From Squalus acanthias (taxonomy: Eukaryota), in contig CM059432.1 in the NCBI GenBank assembly GCA_030390025.1, forward strand, positions 88,848,001 to 88,912,000: a stretch of DNA of 64,000 nt, written 5' to 3'. The notes beneath the pieces were generated by a model. That model saw only the letters and a program-made list of their open reading frames with translations, searched no databases and had not been told where the DNA came from. The position numbers were made by a program, and so were the translations under genes. Shown piece by piece: positions 53,108 to 64,000 of this stretch; position 1 is the first letter of the stretch, and each line of letters starts with the position of its first letter.

Positions 53108-54582
53108 CATAGAATCATAGAATGGTTACAGCACGGAAGAAGGCCATTCGGCCCATCGAGCCCGTGCTAGTTCTCTGCAAGAGCACTTCAGCTAGTCCCA
53201 CTCCCCTGCCCTTTCCCTGTAGCCCTGCAAATTTCATTCCTTCAGATACTTATCCAACACCCTTTTGAAAGCCGAGATTGAATCTGCCTCCACCAGCGTT
53301 TCAGGCAGTGCATTCCAGATCTTAACCACTCGCTGCGTAAAAAAGTTTTTTCTTACGTCGCCTTTGGTTCTTCTGCCAATCACCTTAAATCTGTGTCCTC
53401 TGGTTCTTGACCCTTCTGCCAATGAGAACAGTTTCTCTCTATCTACTCTGTCTCGACCCCTCATGATTTTGAACGCCTCTATCAAATCTTCTCTCAATCT
53501 TCTCTGCTCCAAGGAGAACAACCCCAGCTTCTCCAGTCTATCAATGTAACTGAAGTCTCTCATTCCTGGAATCATTCTCGTAAATCTTTTCTGCACCTTC
53601 TCTAAGGCCTTCACATCCTTCCTAAAGTGTGGTGCCCAGAACTGGACGCAGTACTCCAGTTGGGGCCGAACCCCAATACAGGTTCATCATAATTTCCACA
53701 CTTTTGTGCTCTATACCTTTATTCATGAAGACAAGGTTGAGAAAGCCTTTTTAACTGCTTTCTCAACCTACCCTGCCACCTTCAACAATTTGTACACACA
53801 TACCCCTAGGTCTCTCTGTTCGTGCAGCCCCTTAAGGTTTGTACCATTCAGTTTATATGCCCTCTCCTTATTTTTTCTACCAAAATGTATCACTTCACAC
53901 TTTTCTGCGTTCAATTTAATCTGCCACATGTCCGCCCATTTCACCAGCCTGTCTATGTCTTCCTGAAGTCCATCACTCTCCTCCTCACTGTTCACTATAC
54001 TTCCAAGTTTTGTGTCATCTACAAATTTTGAAATTGTGCCCTGTACACCCACGTCCAAGTCATTAATATATATCAAGAAAAGCAGTGGTCCTAGAACTGA
54101 CCCCTGGGGAACACCACTGTATACCTTCCTCCAGTCCGAAAAACAAGCGTTCACCACTACTCTCTGTTTCCTATCACTTAGCCAATTCCGTATCCATGCT
54201 GCCACTGTCCCTTTTATTCCATGGGGTTCAACTTTGCTGGCAAGCCTATTATGTGGCACTTTGTCGAACGTCGTTTGGAAATCCATGTACACTACGACAA
54301 CCGCATTACTCTCATCAACCCTCTCTGTTACCTCATCAAATAACTCAATCAAGTTAGTTAAACACGATTTGCCTTTAACAAATCCATGCTGGTTTTCCTT
54401 AATTAATCCACACTTGTCCAAGTGACTGTTAATTCTGTCCCTGATTACTGTTTCCAAAAGCTTCCCCACTACTGAGTTCAAACTGACTGGCCTGTAATTA
54501 CTGGGTTTTTCTTTACACCCTTCTTTGAACAATGGTGTAACATCTGCAATTCTCCAGTCCTCTGGCACCACCCCCATATCTA
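53108..54582 (-). mobile_element. 5'-truncated CR1 LINE
   Basis: RT ORFs 53768 and 53234; CATAGAATCATAGAAT tail. Confidence 0.93.
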
Positions 54583-55725
54583 AGGAGGAAATTGAGTGGC
54601 TTCTGCTTGTGCTGCAATAGAAGCTGAGACTTCTGCCATCAGATGTGGCATGATGGTTGGGCCCACAAGTGCGTTAATGGATCTGCCCAGCCCTTCCACG
54701 CTGGAAAGGATGGGCTCCAAGCTCTGCCCAAAGCCCTGTGCAAGGCTGGAGCTGGACTCCTCCATGCTCCTTGACATTGCACTCAGGTTTTCTGGCAGGC
54801 CTGCCAATGCACCAAGCATTTAATTGTGCATACCCATCAGCGTTCTTCTGTAGGCCGCCCCATCAAAGACTTCACCTGAGTCTTGAGTAGCACAACTTGT
54901 GTGCGACCTCGCCCTCCAGGGAGCTAACACCTGAGCTAACCTTTCCCCCTACCCTGGCTGCAGGCCACTCGTGCCCGGTGTCTCACTACATGGAGATCCT
55001 GCTTCTAACCTATCCTCTAAAGTACGCGGAGTGTCAGTATCAGAGCTGGTGGCTGGGAGTGTGAAATTGAGTGATGATGTTTCTTCTTCTTAACTCTCCT
55101 CTCCCTCTTTTTGTTCTACCACTGGCTAGGCTGCTGGATTTCTTGGGTGTTTGAAATGGGAAAAGCACAAGGGTAGGGTTATGGTCGTAGTGGAGTGGTG
55201 AAGCAAGAGCTGCATGCTTACACCATGTGCAGAATGTAAATCAGAAGAGATTATGGGATGAGGGGGAAGTGAGATGTGAGAAGGAGGATAACGTATGTGG
55301 ATATTGGCATCTTGTATTCTTTCCGCCCCGCTGCTGGCCAAGGGCTCAGTTGTGCCCCTGCCAAGAATGGCCAGCACTGTCTCCTCTAAGTGGGTGAGGT
55401 GAGATGATGCAGGCGAGCCTGTCCCCTGCTGGTTAAGGTCTGCTGGCGCCAGTTATGTGCCACATTTTTCTGCAAGTGAAAGAGAAACGTGTCAGTGAGT
55501 GTGGTATAATGTGTGTGGTTGATGTGCCAGTCATGGTTGAATAGTTCACAGTGTGTTCAAGCTGTGAGATGTGGGTGTGAGGCTTGAGCAGCGGTAAATG
55601 AGATGAAGCTATGAATATGGTGTGTGAGTTGTGTTTGGTACAGATTGTTGGTCAGTAAGTGATGGGGGTGTGGTGCATTGAGCAGTGTGTGAGGCTAGTG
55701 GTGCAGATGGTGGGATAAGGCATTT

Positions 55726-57345
55726 GAACATAAGAACATAAGAATTAAGAGCAGGAGTAGACCATACGGCCCCTCGAGCCTGCTCTGCCATTCAATAAGA
55801 TCATGGCTGATCATCAACCTCAACTCCACTTTCCTGCCCTATCCCCATATCACTACAGTCCAAAAATCTATCTATCTCAGCATTGAATACACTCAATGAC
55901 TGAGCATTCACAACCCTTTGGGGCGATTTTCCCAGCCCTGGGGAGGTGGGTATGGAGGTGAGACTGCTGGAAAAATGGCAGAATCTGGGAGCGGGTACCC
56001 ATCCCGCCCCCAACCCGCCTCCGTGCCATCTTCCCAGGAGGCGCGTACCCGACCCGCGCCAGGTCCCATCTCCTCGAGGCGGGAAGGGGATTAGTGCCAA
56101 TTAACTGCCTGTTAACAGGTAGTTAACAGGCAGTTTTTTGGCTAATCCCTATTTTGAGCCATAAAATGTGGGCTTCCCGACGGCTCCGAACCTCGCCAGG
56201 GTCAGCGAGGCGAGCCGTGGGTCTGTGGGGGTCGGAGGGGCCAAAATGTCCGGTGTGCAGGTGAGTGATGAGTGCAAGTGTGGAGAGGTAAGTGTGTGAG
56301 GTGAGTCTAAAGTGTTTTAATAAGATTACTTACCTTTGCTTCTTCCTCCAGGCTTCATCCCTTTAGGCTGCGGAGCTGCCTCATCTCACCAGCAGAGAAA
56401 GCAGAATGGACGCTGCATTCTTAAATGCAGTAGCCTTCTGCTTTCTGCTCAGGAAAGCTTTCTAAGTGAGTCTTGAGTACAAGTACTCACCAAAGAACAG
56501 AGATTGTCAGTGTTTGACAGCAGGGCGGGCTTAACAAGGTCAATCAAGGGAAAATAGCGTGGGTTGGCCAGACATCGATGGACGCGGGAGTAAAACCCGA
56601 CAAGCAGCTTTCCCGCCTCCATCACGTCCCCATTGATAAAATCACCCCCTTTGTGTTCTCCCCACAGCTTACTGTCCCACCTAGCTTTGTATCATCAGCA
56701 AACTTGGATACATTACACTCGGTTCCTTCATCTAGGTCATTAATATAGATTGTAAATAGCTGAGGCCCCAACACTGATCCTTGCGGCACCCCACTAGTTA
56801 CATATCCGTTTATCCCTACTCTCTGTTTTCTGTCCATTAACTAATCCTCTATCCATGCTATTGTATTACCCCCAACCCCATGAGCCCTAATCTTGTGTAA
56901 TAACCTTTTATGTGGCACCTAATCAAATGCCTTTTGGAAATCCAAATATACTGCATCCGCTGGTTCCCCTTTATCTACCCTGCTAGTTACATACTCAAAA
57001 AACTCTAATAAATTTGTCAAGCACGATTTCCCTTTCATAAAACCATGTTGACGCTGCCTAATCATGTTATGATTTTCTAAGTGACTTGATACCACTTCCT
57101 TAACAATGGATTCCAGCATTTTACCGATGACTGATGTCAGGCTAACTGGCCTGTAGTTCCCTGTTTTTTCTCTCCCACCTTTCTTGAATAGTGGTGTTAC
57201 ATTTGCGACCTTCCAATCTGCTGGGACCATTCTAGAATCTAGGGAATTTTGGAAAATCAAAACCAATGCATCCACTATCTCTTCAGCGACCTCTTTTAGA
57301 ACCCTAGGATGTAGGCCGCCAGGTCCAGGGGATTTGTCGTTGAAT
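55726..57345 (-). mobile_element. CR1 LINE fragment with a MITE in place of an internal segment
   Basis: GAACATAAGAACATAAGAA tail; RT ORFs 56919 and 56622. Confidence 0.9.
55920..56649. mobile_element. Harbinger-type MITE
   Basis: TIRs GGGGCGATTTT / AAAATCACCCC; TTT on both sides. Confidence 0.8.
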
Positions 57346-57573
57346 TCACTGACCTTGACCACTTGTGTGAGGTCATTAAATTTCTTCCTGCTTTGAGTCC
57401 AGGTCCTCGAATTTTACGTGCTGGCTGCAGTCCTCTGAACGGGCACAGGTTGCCATCGCATCACGATCACCACACCCATTTTTGGGTGATACCGAATTTC
57501 TAGGCGCTCAATTTTTAAACAATTCACTAATAATTATCTATCTCTTCTTTATGTACCTCAATTGTTATGAGAT

Positions 57574-58018
57574 TGGCTCAGTTGGTAGTTGTGGGATGGG
57601 CAATAAATGCTGGCCTTGCCAGTCTCACCCACATCCCAGGAACAAATTAAAAAAAACCCTGCTAGTTGCTCTAGCATGTAATCTAGTCTGACACTTTAGT
57701 GCAGTAGTGAGGGAGTGCTGTATTGTTGGAGGTGTTTCAAATGAGATGTTAAATCAAGGCCTCCCTGTTCAGCTGGATATCAAACATTCCGTGGTGCTAG
57801 TCAAAGATGAGCAGCAAATTCTCCCATTTCTCCATCCATTAATACCACCAAAAACAAATGAATTCATTTACTGTTTGTGGGTCCTTGCTAAGGCTGCTGA
57901 GTTTGCCTACCTAACAACATTGACTGCGCTTCAAACGGAATCCATTGGTTGTAAAGGGCTTTGGAATGTCCTGAGGATGTGATAAGTTACTATGCAAATG
58001 CAATTTCTTCCCTTCTTT
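57574..58018 (+). mobile_element. Old Deu-SINE with a short LINE-tail insert (~57592-57657)
   Basis: TGGCTCAGTTGGTAG head, degenerate Deu core and GCAAATGCAATTTCTT tail; the insert GGGATGGGCAATAAATGCTGGCCTTGCC...A8 matches the tail of the 5593 LINE. Confidence 0.7.
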
Positions 58019-58455
58019 GAAAGGATTCTTCACCTGTGGATTCTACGATATTGCACTCTACATTCTTACAAAACTTTCCGTGGATACATTTATTCTGGGT
58101 GCACTTTTAATCAGCTTGGTTCCAATTTCAAGATTATTCCCATTAATTTCTGAGCGCTTCTCCTAATTTTCCACAGTAACAATTGGTAGAGTATCCATGG
58201 AAATCCTGGGAAAACAGTGTAATCGCCATTATGCTGTTGCTCCAGGATTTCCATGGATCTTCCGCCAAAGTTACAGAGGACGATCAGGAGAACAACAGTC
58301 ACAACATTGATAACAGTCAGAAAATAATTTGTTATTATGAAAAAGATATAATTTTGTTTGTTAGGGTACTTTTCATTCTATTTTTAAGGTTTTTTTGCCC
58401 CATCCCAGCTGTCAGAACCCAACATGTCCTTACTACAGGTCAAAGAACGGCATTA

Positions 58456-59150
58456 GGGGGAAAATTGGGTTGCTTTGCACCTCCTGTTAGCACCTCAGGG
58501 GGCGCTAATGGGGCGCAAAGCCCCTAGCGCCCAGGCGCAGCACCGCTAACGCTTCCCGCGAAATTCAGCGGGAGGTTAGCGGTGGCGGTAGCCTGCAGCG
58601 CCCTGTGGTGCTGCGCCTCCGGCGATGATGTCATCGCCGTGCGCTGTGCCCCGCTCGCACCCCGGCCGCAAACTTCGGTCGCACCCCGGCCACAAACTTC
58701 GGTCGCGCCCTGGCCGCAAACTTTGGTCGCGCTCCCTGACCTACCGTCGGATGATATGTCCGACAGGGTCAGGGTGGCATTTTTGTGGCGCTAATTAAAT
58801 GGCAGGTGCCAGGCGGCCAATTTTTTTGGCACTCCTCTTGCGTGCCGGGCATTTTTCCCTGCACCCCGCTCCCCGGTGGTCCAGCAGGGCTCCGGTGCGC
58901 ACAGCGCTAGGCCCCTCCCCTTTAATCAGGGGAGGGAGACCTGTAGAACTGTGGTGCTACGTGCCGACGCATGTGGTGCTGTTGCACGTAGCGCCGTGAT
59001 ATTGAATGGTAGTGCCCCAGGAGGGAGGGGGAGCGCTTCCAGTAATGCCCCGCCTCCTGCTTGGGGCGCTACCCCTCAATTTACGGCGCGGAGGCGCTAA
59101 CTTTTTCCAGGCGCTAAATCCCAAAGGGGGCGCAACCGAATTTTTCCCCC
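58456..59150. mobile_element. Harbinger-type MITE (family M1)
   Basis: TSD TTA (58453-58455 / 59151-59153); TIRs GGGGGAAAATTGGGTTGC / GCAACCGAATTTTTCCCCC; internal 24-bp unit repeated three times (~58656-58728). Confidence 0.93.
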
Positions 59151-59898
59151 TTAGTGTTCTGTTACATTCACAAAAGGGAATTTAGGTTTTAATATATTCT
59201 GCCCTATTTCTCTCTTGCAAAATGAACTTATATGATTTATGCTTCTGAATTTAGATTGCTAGACCCAAATGGTTGTTGACCCTTTCAAACAGCCGAAGCT
59301 CCTTACTCTCAACAAACTCCTTACTCTTAACAATGTACAGCTCCTACAGCCTGAACTCTTTCTAGCATTTTCACTCGAACAATGTACTACTCCTACAAAC
59401 TCCTTCTACCATCTTCATTCAAAGGACCAAATACTCCTTCAAACCAAACCTTTTTTATTCTTGCAAGCACATTCATTCTAGCAATGTGCTATTCTTAGGT
59501 ACCGAATCTTCTCACCCATCACTAGCACTTTCATTTGTTCAATGTACTAATCTTATTGTTGAGATTCTACAGTCAATAACAGTATTATTTTTCCCCCTTC
59601 AACTTCCACAAGTTATGCAGTGGATATATGTTTGAAGAAAGGTTCAAATAATTAAACCTTTTAAGTAGTTATGGGAAGAGAATTTTCCCCCATTATAGTT
59701 AGGCCTGAAAGGACTGGCTGTAACAAAGCCTGTTTGTCTTTCTGTGCACAATTAACCTCCTGCCTGGGTGAAGGGAACGGAGATCAATGTGAAGGATTCT
59801 GAATGTTCTTACTTTTCCTAGTAGAAGTATTATTAATTGATGTGCTAATGGGCAAAGTATCAGCTTGGTTCAGAGGCAGCACTCTCATTTCTGAGTAA

Positions 59899-60359
59899 AC
59901 AAAGAAAGACTTGCATTTATATAGCGCCTTTCACGATCACCAGATGTCTCAAAGTGCTTTACAGCCAATGAAGTACTTTTGGAGTGTAGTCACTGTTGTA
60001 ATGTGAGAAAACACAGCAGCCAATTTGTGCACAGCAAGCTCCCACAAACAGCAATGTGATAATCACTTTTTGTTATGTTGATTGAGGGATAAACATTGGC
60101 CTTGACACCGGGGATAACTCCCCTGCTCTTCTTCGAAATAGTGCCATTGGTTCTTTTATGTCCACCTGAAAGAGTGGACGGGGCCTTGGTTTAACATCTT
60201 ATTCGAAAGGCGGCACCTCTGACAGTGCAGCACACCCTCTGCACTGCACTGGAGTGTCAGCCGAGATTTTTTGTGCTCAAGTCCCTGGAGTGGGACTCTG
60301 AACCCACAAACTTCTGACTCAGAGGCAAGTGTGCTGCCCACTGAGCCACAGCTGACACT
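59899..60359 (-). mobile_element. Full-length Deu-domain SINE (SacSINE1-like) inserted in an older + strand SINE
   Basis: Highly similar to 9654-10116; host SINE pieces at ~59857-59898, 60360-60406 and 63862-63960. Confidence 0.88.
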
Positions 60360-60677
60360 GTAAAAAGGTTGTACATTCAAGTCCCATTCCAGGAGTTGAA
60401 CACATAGGGCTGGATTTTGCCAGCTGAGGCGGGTTCGCGGCGGGAGAGGTAGTGGGCGGCTTCCGGTCCCGCTCCCGGCTGCAGCCACTCTGTGCAAACA
60501 ATTTTCCATTGATTGGGCTTGTTAAGCCCGCAGTACGTGTTACCCGGCCCAAACACAAGGTGCAGGTCTGTTGAGCTCCTCTGATGACGCGTTTGCTGTC
60601 AGTGTATTTAAGGGGGCAATGTCCCTATTTGTTCTCACATCTGCTTCCTTACTCCTGAGTGCTGCTTGATTGAAAAA

Positions 60678-62587
60678 ATGACTACAGAGAGACAGAGGGC
60701 TGTGCCACGCTTCAACAATGACTCCCTCCATGTTCTTGTGGAGGGAGTCAGAGGATGCAGGGAGGTTCTATTTCCTGGGGATGGAAGGAGGAGACCTCCT
60801 CATCAGACAAAGGCAGCCTGGCTGCAAATAGCTGAGGAGGTGAATGCAAGGTCTGTGGTTGCTCGCACCTGGGTTCAATGTAGGAAGAGATTTAATGATC
60901 TGCGTTCAGGGAAAGTGAGTATAAAAGCACACTTACCTTCATTCTGCTGTGCCTGTCATCACATCCCCATCACTCTGCATTGCCATCCCTACTCCTGCAC
61001 ATACAAACTCACCCCCAGCATCCCTTGCACTATCACCCATCCTTGTCTTCCTATCTACAGAATCATATCCCCATCTTACTATGCACCCCTCACACTCACC
61101 CTCAACGTTATGCAATGACAACAACTAACAACTCAAAAGGAGGCAACTTGGTATTGGCACCCCACTCCATCATAGTCTCCCTTTAAACATCTATCCTATC
61201 CATTCTTTACACTCATTCCATCACTCTCACTAAACTGGCACTTCTTTCACTCATTGCAGGAAAAGAGAGCCCACAATAAGAGGGAGAGGGAGAGAACAGG
61301 AGGAGGACCACCATCGCTGGCTGAGCTCACCAACGCTGAGGAGGCAGCTCTGGACATCGCAGGAGTAGTTGACCAGCCTGAAGTGAGGGACGGAGAGAGG
61401 GGCTCATTAGAACAACCTGGTGACAGAATGCTTCTTTACCCATCTTATTTTGCATTCATGAGTGACTCAATTGAGATCTGATGTCAATAGAAATTGAATG
61501 CTCATCATGTGCACAATGGGATGTGTCTGCAATCTACATATCACATGTCTACCTCATGTCTTTACTCTCCCCCTGGACCATCAGGAGTCCCCCATTTTCC
61601 AGGAGGGAGAGCAGGAGCACTCCTCAGAGGATCCTCCAGCCTCTGAGGGAGCAGCGTCAGCAGCAATGAGCGCACCCAGCACCAGCGCAGAGACGCACAT
61701 CTCGGTGGGCCCTCTGCAAGATAGAGTAGTGTTGTCACCTGGTGTATCACAAGTCACAAGTGAGCAAGATCAGATGGGTGGAGACAGGGACAGCAGTGGA
61801 AAATCCTTGTCGGAGGCCTCAGGAGTCTCCTGCTCGGCTGAGCTGCATGCAGATGCTGAGCCTCAGGGGGTCATCCAGGAAGAGGGCAATCGTGGAGCTT
61901 CAGGAACAAGTGCAGGAGGCTCTGACAGGGTTTTCAACCACGGTGACTGCGAGTGTGCAGAGAATGGAGGAGTCCATCTCAAAAATGAGCAACGCCATGG
62001 CGCACACACCGGCAACTGTAGGTTCTGTCATGGAAAGGATGGCAACCGCCATGGAGGACATAAATCGCCAGACTCAGGAGAACATGGTAACACTTCTAAA
62101 TAGATGGTCATCTATGGAGGATAGATGTGCATCTATTGAGGAGAGAAACCAAAGGTTCATGGACGTCCTTGTTATGAGGAATGTCAGTATAGACATGGGT
62201 CCTCATGGCTCCACTGATGTGCAGCAAGGTGCTCTCCAGCTACTTGCTAGCAGAGAAGTGCGGGTGGCCCATGAGAGGGATGATGGTGGGAGGGGACATG
62301 GAAGTGGGCGCTCCTCTTCAAGTGTTCCAACTTCCATCCCCTTGCCAACCCGTCGGTCAGAGCCCCAGATGCCTCCCCGAACAGTGATGGCTGAGTCTGC
62401 CCCTGCACAGCCGCAGGAGGAGCAGACTTTGGCGGGGCCCTCAAAGGCTCCAAAACCCAGAGGACGACCGCCAAAGGTGTCTAAGCAGGCGCAGCAGGGA
62501 AGAGAGCAGGCTGCCTCTACATCTGGTGAAGCCACAGTTGTATCACCACGTAGAAGCACGCGTAAAAGAAAGCTCCCACAGAAATAG
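60678..62587 (+). pseudogene. Spliced Myb/SANT DNA-binding gene (exon 1 60678-60914, exon 2 from 61260, exon 3 ~61585-62587), probably frameshifted in exon 3
   Basis: PRFNNDSLHVLVEGV...AAWLQIAEEVNARSVVARTWVQCRKRFNDL; AAA|GTGAGT and TTGCAG|GAA join in frame to EKRAHNKRERERTGGG; basic C-terminus RRSTRKRK; AATAAA at ~62657. Confidence 0.85.
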
Positions 62588-62873
62588 TCACAAGGGTAGT
62601 CACTTGGGTGATTTGCTATAAATGAATGTTAAGTTTCTGTTCTTTTATTTTGTTGTAATAAAGCAATGTTTTCTGAATGTTTGAATTTGTTCCTATACGT
62701 GTGGTCACAAATTGAAGTGGCACAGACAAGGGTAAGGGTGCCTTTATTGTCCAGCAATAGTGGTGACAGTGCAAGGATTGAACAGTTCATTGTAGAGATG
62801 CTCTATGGTGTTGAAGTGGGGTCATGCCAACCTTCATGTGCATGTGGCAGCCACGTATCTGTGCTGCATAAAG

Positions 62874-63245
62874 TTACGTGAATCTAGCATTGATTAGGCC
62901 ATCCCTGGCATCACGGGAAGCAAGGTGCTCGCGTACTGGTCACGTTAGGTCAGCTGCCTCCTCCAGGTCTTCCTCTTGCTGGACCTCATTCTGCTCCTCC
63001 TCCTCCTCGTCTGAAGAGGCTGTGCGCTCAGCGCTTTATTCCTCATGCAGCGTTAATCCGCGCTGCAGTGCGATGTTGTGCAAGGCACAGCAGACAACTA
63101 CAATTCTCGAGACCCTGGCTGGTGCATACTGAAGGACTCCACCAGATCTGTCCAGGCATCTGAAGCGTACTTTGAGCAACCCTATTGTTTGCTCTAAGAG
63201 ACTTCTGGTGGAAATGTGACTTTGATTGTAGTGCTCCTCAGACTT
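62874..63245 (-). pseudogene. C-terminal remnant of a HARBI1-like transposase
   Basis: EEHYNQSHISTRSLLEQTIGLLKVRFRCLDRSGGVLQY...CCALHNIA followed by an acidic tail. Confidence 0.9.
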
Positions 63246-64000
63246 GTTTGATGGCCACATCTTCAGAGGATAGCGTTTGTCTTCAAGGAGCTAGCTGGAA
63301 AGTTCGTTTGGCAGTTCCCATTTTGCTGTTATATATGGCGGTTGAGGATGAGATGGTAGAAGCAATCAGTCAATGGGGAGAGAGGTTATTCCAAGGAGGT
63401 GACAGTGCAGAAAGAGTTTACAACACACACTTACAGCCTCAATACAGATCAAATGTGTCTTCCCAAACCTGAGATCAGCAACTTCTGACATTGCAAACTG
63501 AACAGATATGAAAGGTTAGATTTTATACTGCAGTTGCAGCTGTGAACTATTGAGCTCGATTGAACTCCCGACGTACTTACCTGACGTGATCTTCGAACAA
63601 CGTGAACCCCGTTGAAAATGTGGGAAAATACAAAAAGGCTGGCAAAATAGTCTTTAACAAGCAGTTAAAAAGCAGTTAAGTATCTTAAATGCCTCCCCCG
63701 CCGCTTGGTGTTGGGTCTGTTCTGAAATCGCAGACCCGACACTTTGGAAACTTACATGGAGGCGGGTTCGCAGCGGGTTCCCAACCCGTTGTCAATCATT
63801 GCAATTTTGACAGCGGGCCCACCTCTGAACCCGCCCTCTGAGCTCCGGCAAAATCACGGCCATATTCTAGACTAACATTTCAGTGCAGTACTGAGGGAGT
63901 ACTGCATTGTCAGAGGGTGCTATTTTTTGAATGAGATGTTGGGCTGTATCTTGCTGGAAATATAATGGTGTGGTAATGATGCAAGCCATTATTAACGTGA

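Larger units (their letters stand above)
52622..57425 (-). pseudogene. Harbinger Myb/SANT accessory gene of copy 3 (three exons, disrupted by two CR1 insertions)
   Basis: Exon-1 remnant RTWTQSRKKFNDLTQVVK with donor GTCAGT (~57353-57410); exon 2 follows the TTGCAG acceptor (~55470); exon 3 lies in ORFs 54580 and 52609. Confidence 0.75.
46913..57506 (+). mobile_element. Full-span PIF/Harbinger family A, copy 3, expanded by nested insertions
   Basis: TIRs GCCTAGAAATTCAGT / ACCGAATTTCTAGGC; TSD CTC (46910-46912 / 57507-57509); transposase on +, spliced Myb gene on -. Confidence 0.9.
60407..63861. mobile_element. PIF/Harbinger family B element: Myb gene retained, transposase internally deleted
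   Basis: TSD ATA (60404-60406 / 63862-63864); TIRs GGGCTGGATTTTGCCAG / CCGGCAAAATCACGGCC; the host SINE rejoins across it. Confidence 0.92.

Noticed and set aside
58656..58728. CRISPR-like array
   Set aside because: These are tandem units without unique spacers inside a eukaryotic MITE, and there are no cas genes.

Overview
Vertebrate nuclear DNA. The CR1 LINE, Deu-domain SINE and Harbinger repertoire suggests a cartilaginous fish (inference; the species cannot be fixed from sequence alone). Two blocks of deeply nested transposable elements (about 1-18.9 kb and 37.9-64 kb) flank an AT-rich, repeat-poor island of about 19 kb. The blocks contain CR1, RTE and L2 LINEs, tRNA-derived SINEs, PIF/Harbinger DNA transposons (HARBI1-like transposase plus a convergent, spliced Myb/SANT gene), their MITEs and one hAT MITE. 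The island looks intronic or regulatory and holds one plausible host exon (36400-36604, -). No intact host gene, RNA gene or CRISPR array is evident, and all transposon ORFs are disrupted. The standout is a LINE at 5593-9435 (-) inserted as one unit into a Harbinger transposase. It starts with a tRNA-like A/B-box head and a SINE-like body, has no ORF1, encodes EN-RT, and by manual scan has no TTTT run on its sense strand over about 3.1 kb. This fits a protein-coding retrotransposon transcribed by RNA polymerase III. All alignments were done by eye, so coordinates may be off by a few bases unless a TSD is quoted.
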